DNA of 64,000 nt from Octopus vulgaris. Its lineage: Eukaryota. The position numbers were made by a program, and so were the translations under genes. Within the stretch, counting starts at the first letter, position 1. Every line of letters begins with the position of its first letter. The notes beneath the pieces are model-generated. The model was not told where the DNA came from and searched no databases. It saw only the letters and a list, made by a program, of their open reading frames with translations. Where the stretch lies: assembly GCA_951406725.2 (NCBI GenBank), contig OX597828.1:75640001-75704000 (forward strand), written 5' to 3'. Below are positions 39,213-54,458 of this stretch, piece after piece.

Positions 39213-40540
39213 TATTAAAATGATAGATGTCTATATCCACACACACGAAATTATTCATAGCATCCGTCATACATACATAAACAATTTCTTATATTTTCAT
39301 AAAAGAAACCTCAGCAATGAATGTTTTTCTTTATTCGTTGACAGTTCTGTAGAGAGAAGAAGAAGAAGTGTTGAATATAGTCGAAGTATTCTTTATCCAC
39401 CTAATCGAAGTGGACTATCTTGTTATGTTAGACATTAGTGGAGGTGGCAGCAGGGATGGTATGGTGGTAGGTAAGGGCGGCGGCACAAGCCGCTGGGGAG
39501 GATGAGGATGAGGAGGAAACTTGTGTCTTCAGCTAAGTTGCACAAAGTCTTGTGTGTGTGAAACGTGTGAAATGAATCTTGTGCTGCGAACGTTAAGTGT
39601 TTGGTGCTTGTGAAAACAACAACAACACCAACAGTAATAACAACCATAACGATAACAAGAAGACTTCATTGGCTAGAGATGCTTATGAAAACACATACGC
39701 ACACACACATACATTCGTGTGTGAGTAGACATTTAGATTCGTAAATATATATTCGGACACATATTTACTTACATATACAATAGTATACAAGCACACACAC
39801 ACACACACACACACACACTTTTGTCTGTGTCTGTTCGGTTGTACCAATAACCAAACATTTAAGGAACGAACAGTATGGCTCCCTTGTCTGCAATTGGAAC
39901 ATTGACATTTTTACACTGAGTGCCATATAGAGCGCCTCCAGGAGGTCGTACGAGTCGATAGACATAGCAGGTAAATTTCCTCTAAAATACATTTCGACCA
40001 TTTTAAAGAAACGGAAGATCGTGTTGAAGAGTTATAGTCTTGTATGAATAACGGGAATCTGAAGATGACATTGAAATGTCTTTGATCTTCATAAGTATGT
40101 TCAATCATTACTGATTTCGTGGAGATAACAAAAACACTCACATGACATGACGTATCTTTATGCATCTCTCTTCATTTCCTCCATTACTATCAATTTAAGG
40201 GATACAGGCAGTACACCTATTCTACCAAGTAATTACCTCCAGTCGAATAAATTAACGCTAACATTTATAATAAATACTTAAAATGCGGCAAGTTCTTCAA
40301 ACCAGCGAGAAATTTCTGGATACTAACAGAAATTCAGCGATACTAACAGAGAAATTTAAGGTTTCCATTAGGGCAAATTTGGTTTTTACCATGAAAGTTT
40401 TTCTCATTACTCACTCGTTACTGTTACCTCGTATTTAATTAGAAAATTTTAAATAGTGGTAAATTAATTTCAGTATGTTAATGCCAAATTAAAATAAGGA
40501 GAGTACATGTACATATATACCCACAAATGTGCATTCATAC

Positions 40541-40611
<71 letters not shown>

Positions 40612-40815
40612 GTGTGTATATACACGCATACATCTATATATAAGTAGGTTACAGATGAGATTCCGTGGATTTGCGCAGCTATTTGAGTAGATATCCGGTT
40701 TTAAGTGTTCGCTCCCACAGAGAATCATGTCTGATCTGAACTGAGATGCCTGTATGAAGCAATACTATCGATCAATTGATACAGGTTTGATTTGTGCGTG
40801 CGCACACACACACTC

Positions 40816-40851
<36 letters not shown>

Positions 40852-41518
40852 ATACATTTATATACGTACATAGGTATATATACATATACATTTAAATTTA
40901 CACTCATAGGTAACTATATATGCATATGAGGGGGTACAAGCACACACAAAAATATATATACACACACGCATATTCATTCATTTATGTGTATATATATGTA
41001 TATGTACACACATTTATGTTTATAAATATGTTTGCACACACACACACACACACGCACACACACACATGTATACTATTACGCTGATAATCACATACTCCTA
41101 CCTATTTATGTTCGCGAGCAGACGCGCGTGTGTGTGTGTGCACGCGCACGCGCGCGTGTGTAAAGTAGTGACGTTTAAGTGAAGGTAAAAGTAACACATC
41201 TAAGACCGATACCAGGGTTTCACACAGTTCTCACGGTGGATATCCGTTTTGCTTTCACACTTGGCACTATGAATCATGCCTATCAACCGACATCCAGGTG
41301 TGAAAGCTTTCCTATTGATCTCATGTTCTAATTTCCGTACATAAGTACAAATTCAATAGATTCATATTCGCAAGAAAATATTTCATCGAAAACCAGGAAC
41401 AGAAAGAAATACTGTTGAAAGGAAGATGTTAAGTCACTTTATCAATTAACCTACACCTGTACTGTTAATTACCGGCATAATTTGTCAGCAGTTGTTTATG
41501 CTGCTGCTGCTATTATTA

Positions 41519-41550
<32 letters not shown>

Positions 41551-41552
<2 letters not shown>

Positions 41553-41768
41553 GGTGGCGAGTTGGCAGAATCGTTAGCACGCTAGACGAAATGCTTAGCG
41601 GTATTTCGCCCGTCGCTATGTTCTGAGTACAAAATCCGCCGAGGTCGACTTTGCTTTTCATCTGCTCGGGGTCGATAAATTAAGTACCAGTTACGCACTG
41701 GGATCAATGTAAACGACTGGTTCCCTCCCTACCAACAAATTTCAGGCCTTGTGCCCATAATAGAAATG
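41551..41768 (+). mobile_element. SINE family B, full length
   Basis: aaggtggcgagttggcagaatcgttagc...gtcgataaattaagtaccag...ggccttgtgccc; flanked by (ATT)n. Confidence 0.9.
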
Positions 41769-41783
41769 ATTATTATTATTATT

Positions 41784-41998
41784 AAGGTGCGAGCTGGCAG
41801 AATCGTTATCCTGCCGGACGAAATACTTAGCGGCATTTCGCCCGTTTTTTACGTTCTGAGTTCAAATTCCGCCGGGATCGACTTTGCCTTTCATCTGTTC
41901 GGGGTCGATAAATTAAGTACCGGTCAAATATAGGGATCGATGTGATCGATTGACCCACTCCCTTCAAAAAGGCAGGCCTCGTGCCTATAGTAGAGAGG

Positions 41999-41999
<1 letters not shown>
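41784..41999 (+). mobile_element. SINE family B, full length (tandem second copy)
   Basis: Same organisation as 41551-41768; (ATT)n tail to about 42040. Confidence 0.9.
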
Positions 42000-42045
<46 letters not shown>

Positions 42046-42854
42046 CTCGTAACCACTACGTCTGCACTTGTCTCTTTTCCTTCATTCGTGCATCCCAAAG
42101 TGTATATGTATGTATGCAAATATGTCTGTATGTGTGTCTGTACATATATGGACATCAAATATGAATGCCATCTCTATATCTGCATACATATAGAGGCACA
42201 TATAAATATGTGTGTATGTATCTGTATGCGTGTGCATACATTCTTACACACTCACACATACCATATATGTGGATGGATGGCTGTATTCTTGAGTGTGTGT
42301 GTGTGTGTGTGTGTGAGTTTTAATGTGCGTATACGTGTGTGTATGTTTGTGCAAGTGAGTATATGTTTTACTCGCCACAATCGACAGCCAGGGAGAGGCG
42401 ATAATAGGATGTACGCGGCTGGAGGTGAAAGCATTTCAAACGATCAATCGGGAGGATTAAGAATGGAAATGTGTGTTAAGGCCATGTGTGCAGTGTACTA
42501 CACAACACGCTGCAGTGCAAAGCAACAGTTGCAAGTGACTGTATCTGCAACTGGCAGTTTCCTGTAGAAATCTGCCGATAATAATTTCAATGTCAGTGGG
42601 ATCAATGAACGCTAATCGATTGGTTCTATGCTTCATTTCGACACAACACGCTCTTTCGTTTACGCTTCTCTTCCCCTTCCTCATATTTTCCGGCCCCTCC
42701 TCCTCTTGTTTCTCTCATTCCTTCACGCCCGTCACTTTCTTCAGCGTCTTTCCCGTTGTCGCCGTCAACATCTTCCCATTCACTCTTCCCCACAGTTTTA
42801 TCGTCAACCACTTTCTCTCCGCCATATTTACACGCTCCCTCCCTTCACTCATTC

Positions 42855-42885
<31 letters not shown>

Positions 42886-43874
42886 CGGTTTATCTACTTA
42901 TCTTCCTCCTCTTCTTCCATCCCCGTCCCTCTGCTATTTGCATCCCAGATGTTCATGCTTCACACGTCGTCATTATCATCATCATCCTTAGAAACATCAT
43001 TATTATTTCCATTATAAATCCCTGACTCTTGCATCACTAGCATCGTTATCACTATCATCTATTCACCAACCTTATTAACATCATCGGCATCATCATCATC
43101 ATTACCATGATGATGATGATCATTATCTTTATTGCTGTCACGATTAAGTTCGCCGTTCCGATTCCCATCTGAAAACTGTTTTAAGATTCATTTTTGCTTC
43201 ACATCCCTCCGCCATTAATAAACCATTTGGAAAGCCATGAAAGCCATCAAATCATGGTGCCTTTAAGTCAGCTGTATTCGTGACCTAATAATAATAAAAA
43301 CAGATTGTGCCACTAAAAGCAATAGGTAGGAATTCACCCGAAATTCGATGGGAGGCGGGGTAGAATTAGTTACATCCGCCACAACCTTTTAATGAAGGTT
43401 TTTTTTTTCCATTTTAATCGATCTCATGGCACGAATGAAAGGCAATAATACGATCGATTTCTAAGACCGGTCCAAGGCCATAACTTCGGAAGAGAAGGGT
43501 TAATCGATTAAATCTACTCCAGTACTTCACTGAAACTATTTTATTGAACTCGGAATGTTGAAAACTAATTCGATTACGGCGTGATTTGAACTAAAAGACT
43601 GAAGTTTAGCTTCTAAACACCGCAAGGCGTTCTAGCTGTCTTTCTATCGATTATGACATCTAATGATACTGATGTCATCTGTTGTGTCACGACAACACAT
43701 ATGTAAGAAGATGGCTTATTTAAGCAGCTTCTGCTGGTCTATGACGTACCTCAGTTATCGTCTCTGATTGACAACGAAAGCAAAAATTAACCTCACCAGA
43801 ACTTGAACTGAAGACAATGAGAGACGAAATATGTTACTTTGTTCTTTTGTATCTGTACTATATTTAATAAATAT

Positions 43875-44078
43875 TGGTTTCAAATGTTGACATAAGGCCA
43901 ACAACCTCGGAGACAGGATAAGTTAAGTACATCGACCTCAGAGTTCAACTGGTACTTTATTTTATCGAACCCGAAACAATGAAAGGAAAATTAAAATTTG
44001 AACTTAGGGCGTAAATAAGGCCGAAATGCCGCAAGGCATTTTGTCATTCATAGAAACGATTCTGCCAGTTAGTTGCTC
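43875..44078 (-). mobile_element. SINE family B (degenerate)
   Basis: catcgacc...caactggtact...ttatcgaacccgaaa...aacgattctgccag; additional decayed copies at 43310-43650. Confidence 0.7.
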
Positions 44079-44604
44079 GATATTTAATAAATATTGATAA
44101 TGGTTGGAAGAAATGAACTTTAAAGGATTTACAAATACTAAAGTACAATATTTTAGGATTATTTTAGCTGATCACATTCACTGCCCGTTCAAGATTTTGG
44201 CCCAAGTGCACACGTCAGTGAATCAATAAAATTCGATTATTTCCTGTCAGTTTTTACCCTTCTTTATACAATTTAACACTTTGCCTTTCTTCCCAAAGAT
44301 CTGGTTATTCAATCCTAGGTCAATTATGACTCATGATAAACCATGATAAAAGGCGTCCCATCCATGCCAAACCAAGCCCAACACCTCATTTTTTCAGGTA
44401 TTGCGTATCTGTTTACGAGTAAACATACTTTGTTAGATATATGTGTCACATACTTTGTTAGATATTAAAGGTTGTCATTTTTGGGAGATTGGCTGTTATT
44501 TCTAGTATTTGAGACTCTTCTGCAGAGTCCACTCACTCAAGATTGTCAACTTTACCATCTTGACAGATGGAAACATTTCAGAAGTGAAGTGAAAAATATT
44601 GTCA

Positions 44605-44639
<35 letters not shown>

Positions 44640-44648
44640 AAAACCTAC

Positions 44649-45145
44649 ATGGTTTAATTATTTATATTATTTCTTTGTTTCTATTGTTTCCTTCATGTAT
44701 TCGTGTTTGATTAATTTTTAAAAAGTTTTCTGTGTATTCTTGCTGGGAATCTTTCGTTTAGAGTAATGCTTTTGTTTTCCTTTTTCATTTATTTAATTTG
44801 TGTTTTTATTTCTCGTTTTGCCGATGACGTCTTGTACGAACGTCGACTGCTTGTTGGCTACTTGACAGCAATATTACATAACAACAGACTTTTCAGCTCG
44901 TCAAACAAACAAACAAACTGACTGAATCCGTTGTCGAAAAGAAACAGTGCAAAGCAAAGCAAGCTATACTTAGGAAGATGGAGTGAGAATGGAGGAAAGA
45001 ATGAAAGAGAGGATGTGTGTGAGAGGGGGAAGAAAGAGGGAGAGAAACGTAGAAAAACAGTTTAGACAAATGCATGCAATATACTGAGATGTAGCGACCT
45101 ACATGACAATAACACAGACAAGCATAAATACGCAGCCAATCACAG
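44649..45145 (-). promoter_or_regulatory. Candidate Pol II promoter and non-coding first exon
   Basis: CCAAT box gcagccaatcacag at about 45131-45144; overlapping Inr-like TCAGTC/TCAGTT at 44925-44916 on the minus strand; donor-like cat|GTAGGT at 44648; CpG-enriched and repeat-poor. Confidence 0.3.
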
Positions 45146-45537
45146 GGACGTACACAGAAACGCGAGCGCACAGAGCGAGGAACAGAAGCGAGCGAGCGAG
45201 CGCACACACACACATACACGCAGAAAGAGATGCCGTCACGCTGACAAACAGACACACATCACACAACAGAAAAAGAGAGTGTTGCTAACAAGAGCTGAAT
45301 ATTTACCAATGTCAATATGTTGAATGTAGAGACAGGCTTGTTGAAAGCAATATAATGATAGTGTAACTGCAAATATCACATTAATAGGTTCACAAGAGAT
45401 GGCCGACGACAACGACGCTTTTGTCCAACCATTACCACCGCACCTCGCCACACTTCATCCATTCTCTTCTCTTCTTTCGTGATTGTTGCGCCACTTTCTC
45501 TAAACAGCATTTAACCAGCAATATAACGCATTCCTAC

Positions 45538-45672
<135 letters not shown>

Positions 45673-46317
45673 CGAATTTATGCATTTATTCTTTTATCCT
45701 GCTATTGGGTCCTGCCATTAGACTGCAGCCATGTTGGGGCACCGCCTTGAACGATTTTTTTTTTTTAGATAATTATATCGACCTCATCACTTGTCAGATT
45801 TTCAATTGATCGATCTTTTATAGAACAGCTAAGTTTATTGACCTCTGTATTTATCTATGTTTCGATATACAAACAGCAGAAGGAACATTCAATACATGTG
45901 AGACCTGTTATTGTTTGCCATTCCCCCCACCCACCCCCTACTCGGTTCGAAACAGATGATTCCTTTCATCGCTAGTCCATACTCTTCCAGCACCCCCCCA
46001 CACACACAAGCATGCGCTTGTTTCGCCAAAAGGTTATTCTTTCGTTACCGTTGCTCTTTCTTCCTGAATCGTGTGTGCATCCACATTAACTATTATTCAT
46101 CATTTACCAATCTTCTCTTTACTCATTTTCCCATTCACCTCCTTATTTACCTGATTATTGATTTATCTATTTATTTATTCATTTATTCGATCATTTATCA
46201 TTCATCCGTTTACCTGTTGAGTAATCATCTTACAATTATGTATTTTTGCTGCCTGTATTCTGTTACCTTTTATGTAGGTGCGCGTGCGTCTGCGTGTAAA
46301 TGCTTATTGAAATATGC

Positions 46318-46365
<48 letters not shown>

Positions 46366-47984
46366 CATGTATGTATGTATGTATGTATGTATGTATATTT
46401 GAAGTAGTGGATCTCGAAGCACATGAAGCTACAAATTACAGAGCGTAAAGAAGTTAAAAATACCTTGCAGAAAGAAAATCGAAGTCTGTCCGTAGAGCAC
46501 GAGCGCAATTCTCCTGTAAGCATCAAATGTGTTTGTGTTGAAGACCCTCAGATGTAGACGAATTTTTAGGATGGCGTTGTTGTGAAATTTGTGTCCCGTC
46601 ACTTAGTGATCCGACTAAAAGTTATCGATAAAAGAAGCACCATAATGCCAGATATAAGAACACACACAAAATGTGCGTCTTTATATATATATATATGTAT
46701 GTATATATATATATATAATATAGGGTTGTGGTACAACAGAGCACCAATGTTTACTGGAAAGAGTAGCCGATACATTTATGCTTTGTTGTACGACTACACT
46801 TCTACCTTTACGGTGCTTTATTTTACTGGAAAGTAATACATTTGTATTGCTATATTATATATATATTAGCTGTGGAAGAATCACCATTCTACTACATCTA
46901 CACATTCAAAGCAGTTTACCAACGGTCCTTCTGCAACAATACACCTGTGATAAACTCAGTGGCTCCTACTAATTCCAGGCCACGACAGACAGTGGCTGCT
47001 CTTGGAGTCGAGAATTTCAACTTATGGAGACAATATTTACATATCACCAGAGGAAACGCAACTAGATCTCATAATGTCGGAAACGGTTGCATAATCAAGT
47101 ACGACTGGAGAACTACGTTACGTATAAACAATCGTATTGATTTCAAATAAATGTCCAACCGTACACTTTGTTGTTGACTCCTATTTTTTCAATTATCTAT
47201 TCACATACAACAGATGCCCAAATTCAAACCTAGAAATAAGTATAATAATACCACTGGATAACACATGGTGAAATCTGATAGTGTACGAGTTTTATAGGGT
47301 ACTCTACCTCGTTCTTAGCATTATATATATATATATAAATTAACGGGAAGATGGGAAAACAGATGTGAAGTGTTTCTTATCGTAGCAGCACAGTTCTTGA
47401 CTTCAGAGTGCAAATATCAGTTGCCTTATTATTCAAACATTCGCCATAAACGGAATTTGTGCCATTTACAGCGTAAGGAATCTTTCGTTGGTTAGCTTAT
47501 TTGTCAAAATTCGAGACAAGTTACCTTACTTCCGTATTTGATCGTCGTTAACCAGTCTAATTTCCCCGTCGTTAACTAGTCTAATATCGATTGAAGATAT
47601 CTCGGGAGAAATGTTCGTCAGTGACGTTAATAGAAAATTACCTGAGATTTTATGTTCATAAAATATCTTGGCCTAGTTAATATCTGCAGTTTTCCAGAAA
47701 AGCAGAGTCTTGATTTATGTGCCACATTATTATATTTTGGAGCTGCGTTGTAGTCGGATAGTCGTTTATCTAGTCTCAGGGTTCTAAATAAAAGGGGTTC
47801 GAAACTGAAGTGAGTCATTGTCTAGGCATCAATAACTCACTTTAACGATATAATCAATAAAAAACTTGTGCATCTTACGTGTGGTCAGCAAACGGTGTCT
47901 TACTAGCGGTAGGAGTTTCCTGGTAGTATTTATACTAAGTTCTAAGCGGTACTGCACTCTATCTCTCTGTGTTATAAACACCCC

Positions 47985-48280
47985 TTGGAGGAATGTGAAG
48001 ACGCAGACTGGAAAGCAGAGCATTATCCAATCGAAGTTGGATGTAGTGTGAAACGAGTGTTGTTGTCGCTAGGCGTAACTCATCGTAAAGCAAATACCAT
48101 CATTAGTGATACCCAGGCTATAGAGAAGAAAGCAAGCGGATGGATTTGACTGAAAGGGACGATGAGCAATGGCTAGAAAAATATTGAGCGGAAGGTGGTA
48201 ACCAGTTGATCATCTCAGTGAGGGTGGGGTGCGCAGTAAGGTCCCGAAACATCTCGCATTCTCTCTTGATGATCCTATAA
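47985..48280 (+). mobile_element. HERO/R2-type (RLE) LINE 3' end
   Basis: LEECEDADWKAEHYPIEVGC...LLSLGV...KASGWI*LK resembles the restriction-like endonuclease end L..EC...GW....P.EVGCRG...LG...AS.WLW.KR. Confidence 0.65.
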
Positions 48281-48343
48281 ACCTGCTAGAATCCGGTATG
48301 CGGAGCTTTCAACTAAAAGTATTTGCACCTGCAAGTTGTTTGC

Positions 48344-48413
<70 letters not shown>

Positions 48414-48434
48414 AACACACTCATATATAGAGAC

Positions 48435-48486
<52 letters not shown>

Positions 48487-49246
48487 GCTGTGTACTTTTT
48501 GTGTAGGTACATTCATATATTTACTCAATTATAGATTTCGGTTGGTTTTTCCTTTTTTCTTTCTATTTTTTCTTCTTTTTGGCAATGATATGAAGCAAAC
48601 TTTAGAGATAAGCGACGGAAGTCGCTAAAGTGTTATGTCGTCAATAAAATATATTCTCAGAAATTTACATTTCACCAAAATTCCTTCCCTCGATTACAGT
48701 CTCTATTACTACTGATATAACATAAACAGAATACCACCACTACCACCACCACCACCAACAACAACAACCAATAAAAAGAAACAATAAAAATACATACTTT
48801 AACCGTTGCCAAATTTACGTCAATATCCGTGAGAAAGTGAAAAACAAAAAAATTCTTCCTTAAAATAAAACAATATTGTGGTTTGTATGTATTTATTTAA
48901 TAATTCATCCTTTATGTTCACTCACACAAGTCGTATTCATAACATGAAATCGGAGAATCTTGCTGAATGTGGCTTTTATTTATGTTTTCATATTTTTGCT
49001 GATATTTATTTTTCTATTTCTATTTTTCTTCAGTTTCTCGATTATTTATACGACCCCACCCCCACCGCACCTGAGCTAAAAAGAGCCGAACCAAACAAAA
49101 CACTTTCATAATTCGTAATCTGTGTTGCTGATATGTGCATGAGTGTTAATATAATACACTTACACATATATACATCTACACATACATACAGATATTCGCA
49201 TTTACATACCCAAATATTAAACTCGTAAACATCAGTACTAACTTTA

Positions 49247-49282
<36 letters not shown>

Positions 49283-49283
49283 T

Positions 49284-49322
<39 letters not shown>

Positions 49323-50071
49323 TTGTATATATGCATGTATTTATAAATGTTAACACACATATGTATCTGCATATATATATGCATATACTTATATATATAC
49401 AGATACGAACATATATACACACCATACCTCACACACTCATACGTGTGTAATGTATGTATGACTTCTAAGTGAATGAAAACCAAGTAAAGTCAAATGTATT
49501 AAGATAAATATACAATATATATCCTCGGCAGGTGCAGGTGTCCAGTAGCAGAGTGTATATTAGAAACTAGCAAAGCCTCCTTGAGCCGCAAGACAAATAT
49601 AATTCAAGTAAACTAAGTTATATTAACCTGCAAATTGGATTACGTAAAATACGAAGTGAAAATATTCTCTTGAAATGTATGTGATCTTAAGTCTCTCCTC
49701 TTGGTGCGCAGAAAATCTACAGCAAATGGAATAACGCATTTAGATTTAGCCAATGCCTTGGGGCGAGAAAATATAAAATTCCTCAAATTAAGACAAGAAT
49801 ATATATTGTTTTGTAGAATTCCTCCAAAGAATATAATAAACTCATAGCTGAGGGCAACATGCGTAAAATCAAATAAAATATATTTTATATATTTGACCTC
49901 CGCCCGAAGAAGGTTCTGCAAGTGTGGCTTTAATGTACACCCATCTACCAGAAACACATTTATGTCCCGCGTATAATAATATACATTTATTTTGATATAG
50001 ATGGCCTTTTATTTTTGATCCAAGACTACGCGTCAATATATTAATTCAAACATACTGAAACTTGGACCATA

Positions 50072-50369
50072 TCTTTATATATAAAAGTCAAGTTGTGTGT
50101 CTGTCTCCTACGATTTAGAATCCTAACTACTCCCACATTTTGCGGTGCAGTTTCCTTTTTTTCCATTTTAATGCATTTTTTCGCTATTATATAAGGGAAG
50201 TAACTCTCTAAAAATGTCTACGGTGAGTCAACGATTAAAAAAAAAATTTACCATAATTTTTTTTCCATTTTTAATGTATTTTTTGCTATTTTTTGGCTAT
50301 AACTCTCTAAAAAATGCTTATATAGTTATTTCCCTTACAAACCCGAGCAACGCCGGGCGATACTGCTAG
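50072..50369 (+). mobile_element. Non-autonomous Helitron, complete
   Basis: a|TCtttatatataaaa ... cccgagcaacgccggg hairpin ... CTAG|t; inserted between A and T with no TSD; internal duplicated segment. Confidence 0.88.
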
Positions 50370-51127
50370 TTATCTCATATATGTTTCCTGTTTTAAGATG
50401 TGCGGTCTGGGGGGTATCTGGAGTTCACTTCTCAACGATGGGGTTTTAGGTTCGACTCTACTGCATGGTAAATTGAGTAGTGTTTTCTATTACAGCTTCA
50501 ATTTGACCAATGAAATTTTGAATATAAACCCTTTGACTGCAGGGTCGAGGAATGGCCGGAGTTCACAGACGGTAACCAGTGATTTCTGAGGAGAGTCACC
50601 AATTGGCCTGCTTTAGAGTCTTTGTCTGGTTCTGAAATTCTATTGTCAAAGAAGCTGGTTTGATGAAGTGATTGCCAGGAATGTCCCCATGATAGATCAA
50701 AGATGGCGTAGGATGGCAGTTTGAGTTATTTCCCTGTTAAAGATCTGTGTAGAAAGAGTGTGTGATGTAAGTGTGTATTTGGACAAATGTGGATAGTGAT
50801 TGCATCGCGAATATAACGGCTGTGGGCGTATGTAGGAGAATGAATGAGTATTGGGAAGTGCGTATCTGTCTAATTTGTGTATAGTATTATAATAGCAGGT
50901 TGGGGTGGTAAAATGTTTCCAGTTTTAACACTTCTTCAAAGCTAGCAGCATCATCGTCAACATATCTATCATCTTTTAAACTTTCATCACTTTCTTTACA
51001 AGTTTTCTCCCCACCCACCTCTCTCTCTCACACATATTTCTTTATACATATATACATACATATACATACACACATGCATGTATGGTGTGTCTATGTATAC
51101 ACACACACACATATATACCTACACATT

Positions 51128-51159
<32 letters not shown>

Positions 51160-52510
51160 CATACATACACATGCACGCATATATATATATATATACATGC
51201 ACATTGTTTTTTTTATGGAATTATTTTGTTTTTGTTTCTTTTCATCATCAGTGCACAACATCTGCAAGATTACGTATATATATATCTGCTGCATTAACAC
51301 CGAATTGCATGCATTTAGATTATTTCTGCTCACTGATGCAGGGCGTAAACAGCAGTGTGCAGCAGCAGAGTTATTTATAACAGAAATCTTGTTAACTAGC
51401 TGCACTTTTGCAGAGATATACAAAAATGACAAAAAATGTTTCATAAATAAAGCAGCATATAAAGAAGATTTGCATTAAAAAACCGGACTCTCTTTTGGGT
51501 CGCATAATGCTTGTATATTACACACCTACATGCGTTTACATGCAATGTGCACCCACTTACACAATAAAACATTCTCGCAAACACACACACGCACATATAT
51601 ATGTGCACCGTACCTTTGTGTGCATAAGTGTACACTTTAAAAATACATATGTGCGCTTCTCTATGTATAGCCTCGTATGCACCTATGCACAGTTGTGCAC
51701 GCGAATATGCACAATTGTGTATCCATATGATACTTATCAATCATACATGTACATAAATACATAGTCATGCACAAGCAATCATTCGTTTACATGCATATGC
51801 ACAGCTATATATATACATGTGCATAACTTAACGCACATGCATTCACGTCATTTCGTTTTCTTTTTCTAGTTTTCCGCTCCAAGTTACGAAGTTGTTGGAA
51901 CAAGACCTGAAGGCTCCGTCGCTCTGTTTGTCTTCTTATTTGAACTGGAGGTCTCTCCTTTTACTTTCTTGTTGTCATTTCTGTAAGCTGGTGTAGACAT
52001 GGGCAGCGTGCATAACAATTTCGCATTGAAATCAAGTGATTCCAGGTTCAGTCTCCTTGTTCAACCGTTTTTTAAAAAAATATATCTGGTTTTGCTTGTG
52101 TTATGTAGCCGTAGAGCTACACAGATCGCAGAGTTATATGCGCAGAGACATTGAAACCATGAGCTTGCCCTTTATGAGCATCAAAAACTTGATGATCTAA
52201 TGTCATTTTCTTTTTATTCAAGGGAGTAAAAATTCAACCGAGCGAGATTTGGCAACTATTTCTAGCAGTTTGTCTCTTCATAATCTACCCAGATAATCTA
52301 TATGGTTGTGCACATGGACAAAATAGGTCATTGGTTCACCTCCTAAAACCTGCTTTATGATTTACTTTTCAGGTTCGAGAGACTGTTCGAAGTTCGATCC
52401 ATGAACAAGTGGCACTTTTGGAGGATTTTGCAACACAAATCAATTGAGATGTTTGTCAATTATTCTAACTTCAGACCAGACAAACAGAAAGAATCTCACA
52501 TATACACTCA

Positions 52511-52600
<90 letters not shown>

Positions 52601-52840
52601 CCTACCTTTCTATCTATCTACCTACCTATCTTTCTATCTATATACCTACCTATCTATCTATCTATCTATCTATCTACCTACCTATCTATCTACCTACCTA
52701 CCTATCTATCTATCTATCTTTCTATCTTTCTATCTATCTATCTATCTATCTACCTACCTTTCTACCTACCTTTCTATCTATCTATCTATCTATCTACCTA
52801 CCTACCTACCTACCTACCTACCTACCTACCTACCTATCTG

Positions 52841-52874
<34 letters not shown>
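52511..52874. repeat. (TATC)n/(TACC)n compound microsatellite
   Basis: Direct inspection. Confidence 0.95.
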
Positions 52875-52876
<2 letters not shown>

Positions 52877-53250
52877 GTATAGGTTTCAGCATTCGGACTG
52901 CAACCATACTGGGGCACTATTTTGAAGTGTTTTAGTCGAACTAATCGAACCCAGTACATATTTTCTACGCCTGGAACTTATTGTATCGGACCCTTTTGTC
53001 GAAACGTTAGGTAAAGGAGACGTAAACAAACCAACATCCGTTGTCAAGCGGTGGTTGAGGGCAAAGACCACGTATACGGATGTATATACATATATATTTC
53101 TGACAGGCTTCTTTCAGTTTCAGTCTGCCAAACCCACTCAATCAACCCGAGGCTATAGTAAAAGACGCTTGTCCAAAGTGCCAGGCAGTGGCACTGAATT
53201 CAGACTTGTGGAGATTGGAAAGAAATGTCTAGCTACACTGCCATATACCG
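52875..53250 (-). mobile_element. SINE family A
   Basis: tttcagc...ccatactggggcac tail; acaggcttctttcagtttc...cgaggctatagtaaaagac...cactgaattc head. Confidence 0.8.
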
Positions 53251-53344
53251 ACGCACAAAGATGCATGTATAAAGGAGTACAGGAAGAAAGAAAGAGATTA
53301 CTCAACACTAAAACTATATAAATATATACATACGTTTATTTGAT

Positions 53345-53707
53345 TTATTTTTTTAATCTTTTTTTTATTTTATCTAGTTTCAGCTCACGGGCTGTGGCCA
53401 TGCTGGGGCACCGCCATTTGGTGTTGCTACACAATTTTACTTCACGAATGTTTTTTTAGCAATTGCCATTTGGTGCTTGAGAGAGTTCGATGCAGCTGCT
53501 CACATCTGCACCTTCTGCTGTGAAGTCGGTTCATCTGGGACACCTGACAGGAAGAGATCCAGTTTTATTTTAAAGACATCTGCATCCACCCCATGCAGGT
53601 CTCTCAGGTCCTTCGGAAGAATATTGAAGAGCTGTGGCCTCTGAAGCCCAGGCTAACACAGTATCTTGTCCTACATCTTGATGGCAAATTTGGAGTCCTT
53701 GGCACTA
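53345..53707 (-). mobile_element. CR1-like LINE 3' end
   Basis: [23 protein letters not shown]... similar to 55740-56065; includes the 3' UTR and A-rich tail. Confidence 0.9.
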
Positions 53708-53708
<1 letters not shown>

Positions 53709-53759
<51 letters not shown>

Positions 53760-53867
53760 TATACATATATATATATATACATATATATACATATATATAT
53801 ACATATATATACATATATATACATATATATATATATATATATGCATATATATACATATATATATATC

Positions 53868-53908
<41 letters not shown>

Positions 53909-54196
53909 TATACATATATATATATATATAATATATATACATATATATATATATACATATATATACATATATATACATATATATACATATATATATATGC
54001 ATATATATACATATATACACATATATATACATATATATATATGCATATATATACATATATACACATATATATACACATATATACATATATATATATATAC
54101 ATATATATATACATATATATATATACATATACATATATACATATATATACATATATATATACATATATATATATATACATATACATATATATATAC

Positions 54197-54245
<49 letters not shown>

Positions 54246-54290
54246 CATACATATATATATACATATATATACATATATATATATATATAC
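53709..54290. repeat. (TA)n/(TACA) microsatellite array
   Basis: Direct inspection. Confidence 0.95.
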
Positions 54291-54416
54291 ATCCTCCCGA
54301 AGAACCTAAGAGACCTGCATGGGGTGGACGCAGATGTCTTTAAAATGAAACTGGATCTCTTCTTGTCAGGTGTCCCAGATGAACCAACTTCACAGCAGGA
54401 GGTGCAGATGAGGGCA
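54291..54416 (+). mobile_element. CR1-like LINE internal fragment, inverted relative to its neighbours
   Basis: [42 protein letters not shown]. Confidence 0.9.
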
Positions 54417-54458
54417 AACGTATACACACACACTTATATATATATATATACATATATA

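Noticed and set aside
39765-40165. Short minus-strand ORFs as coding exons
   Set aside because: No recognisable domain and no convincing splice pair; probably decayed TE or unique non-coding DNA
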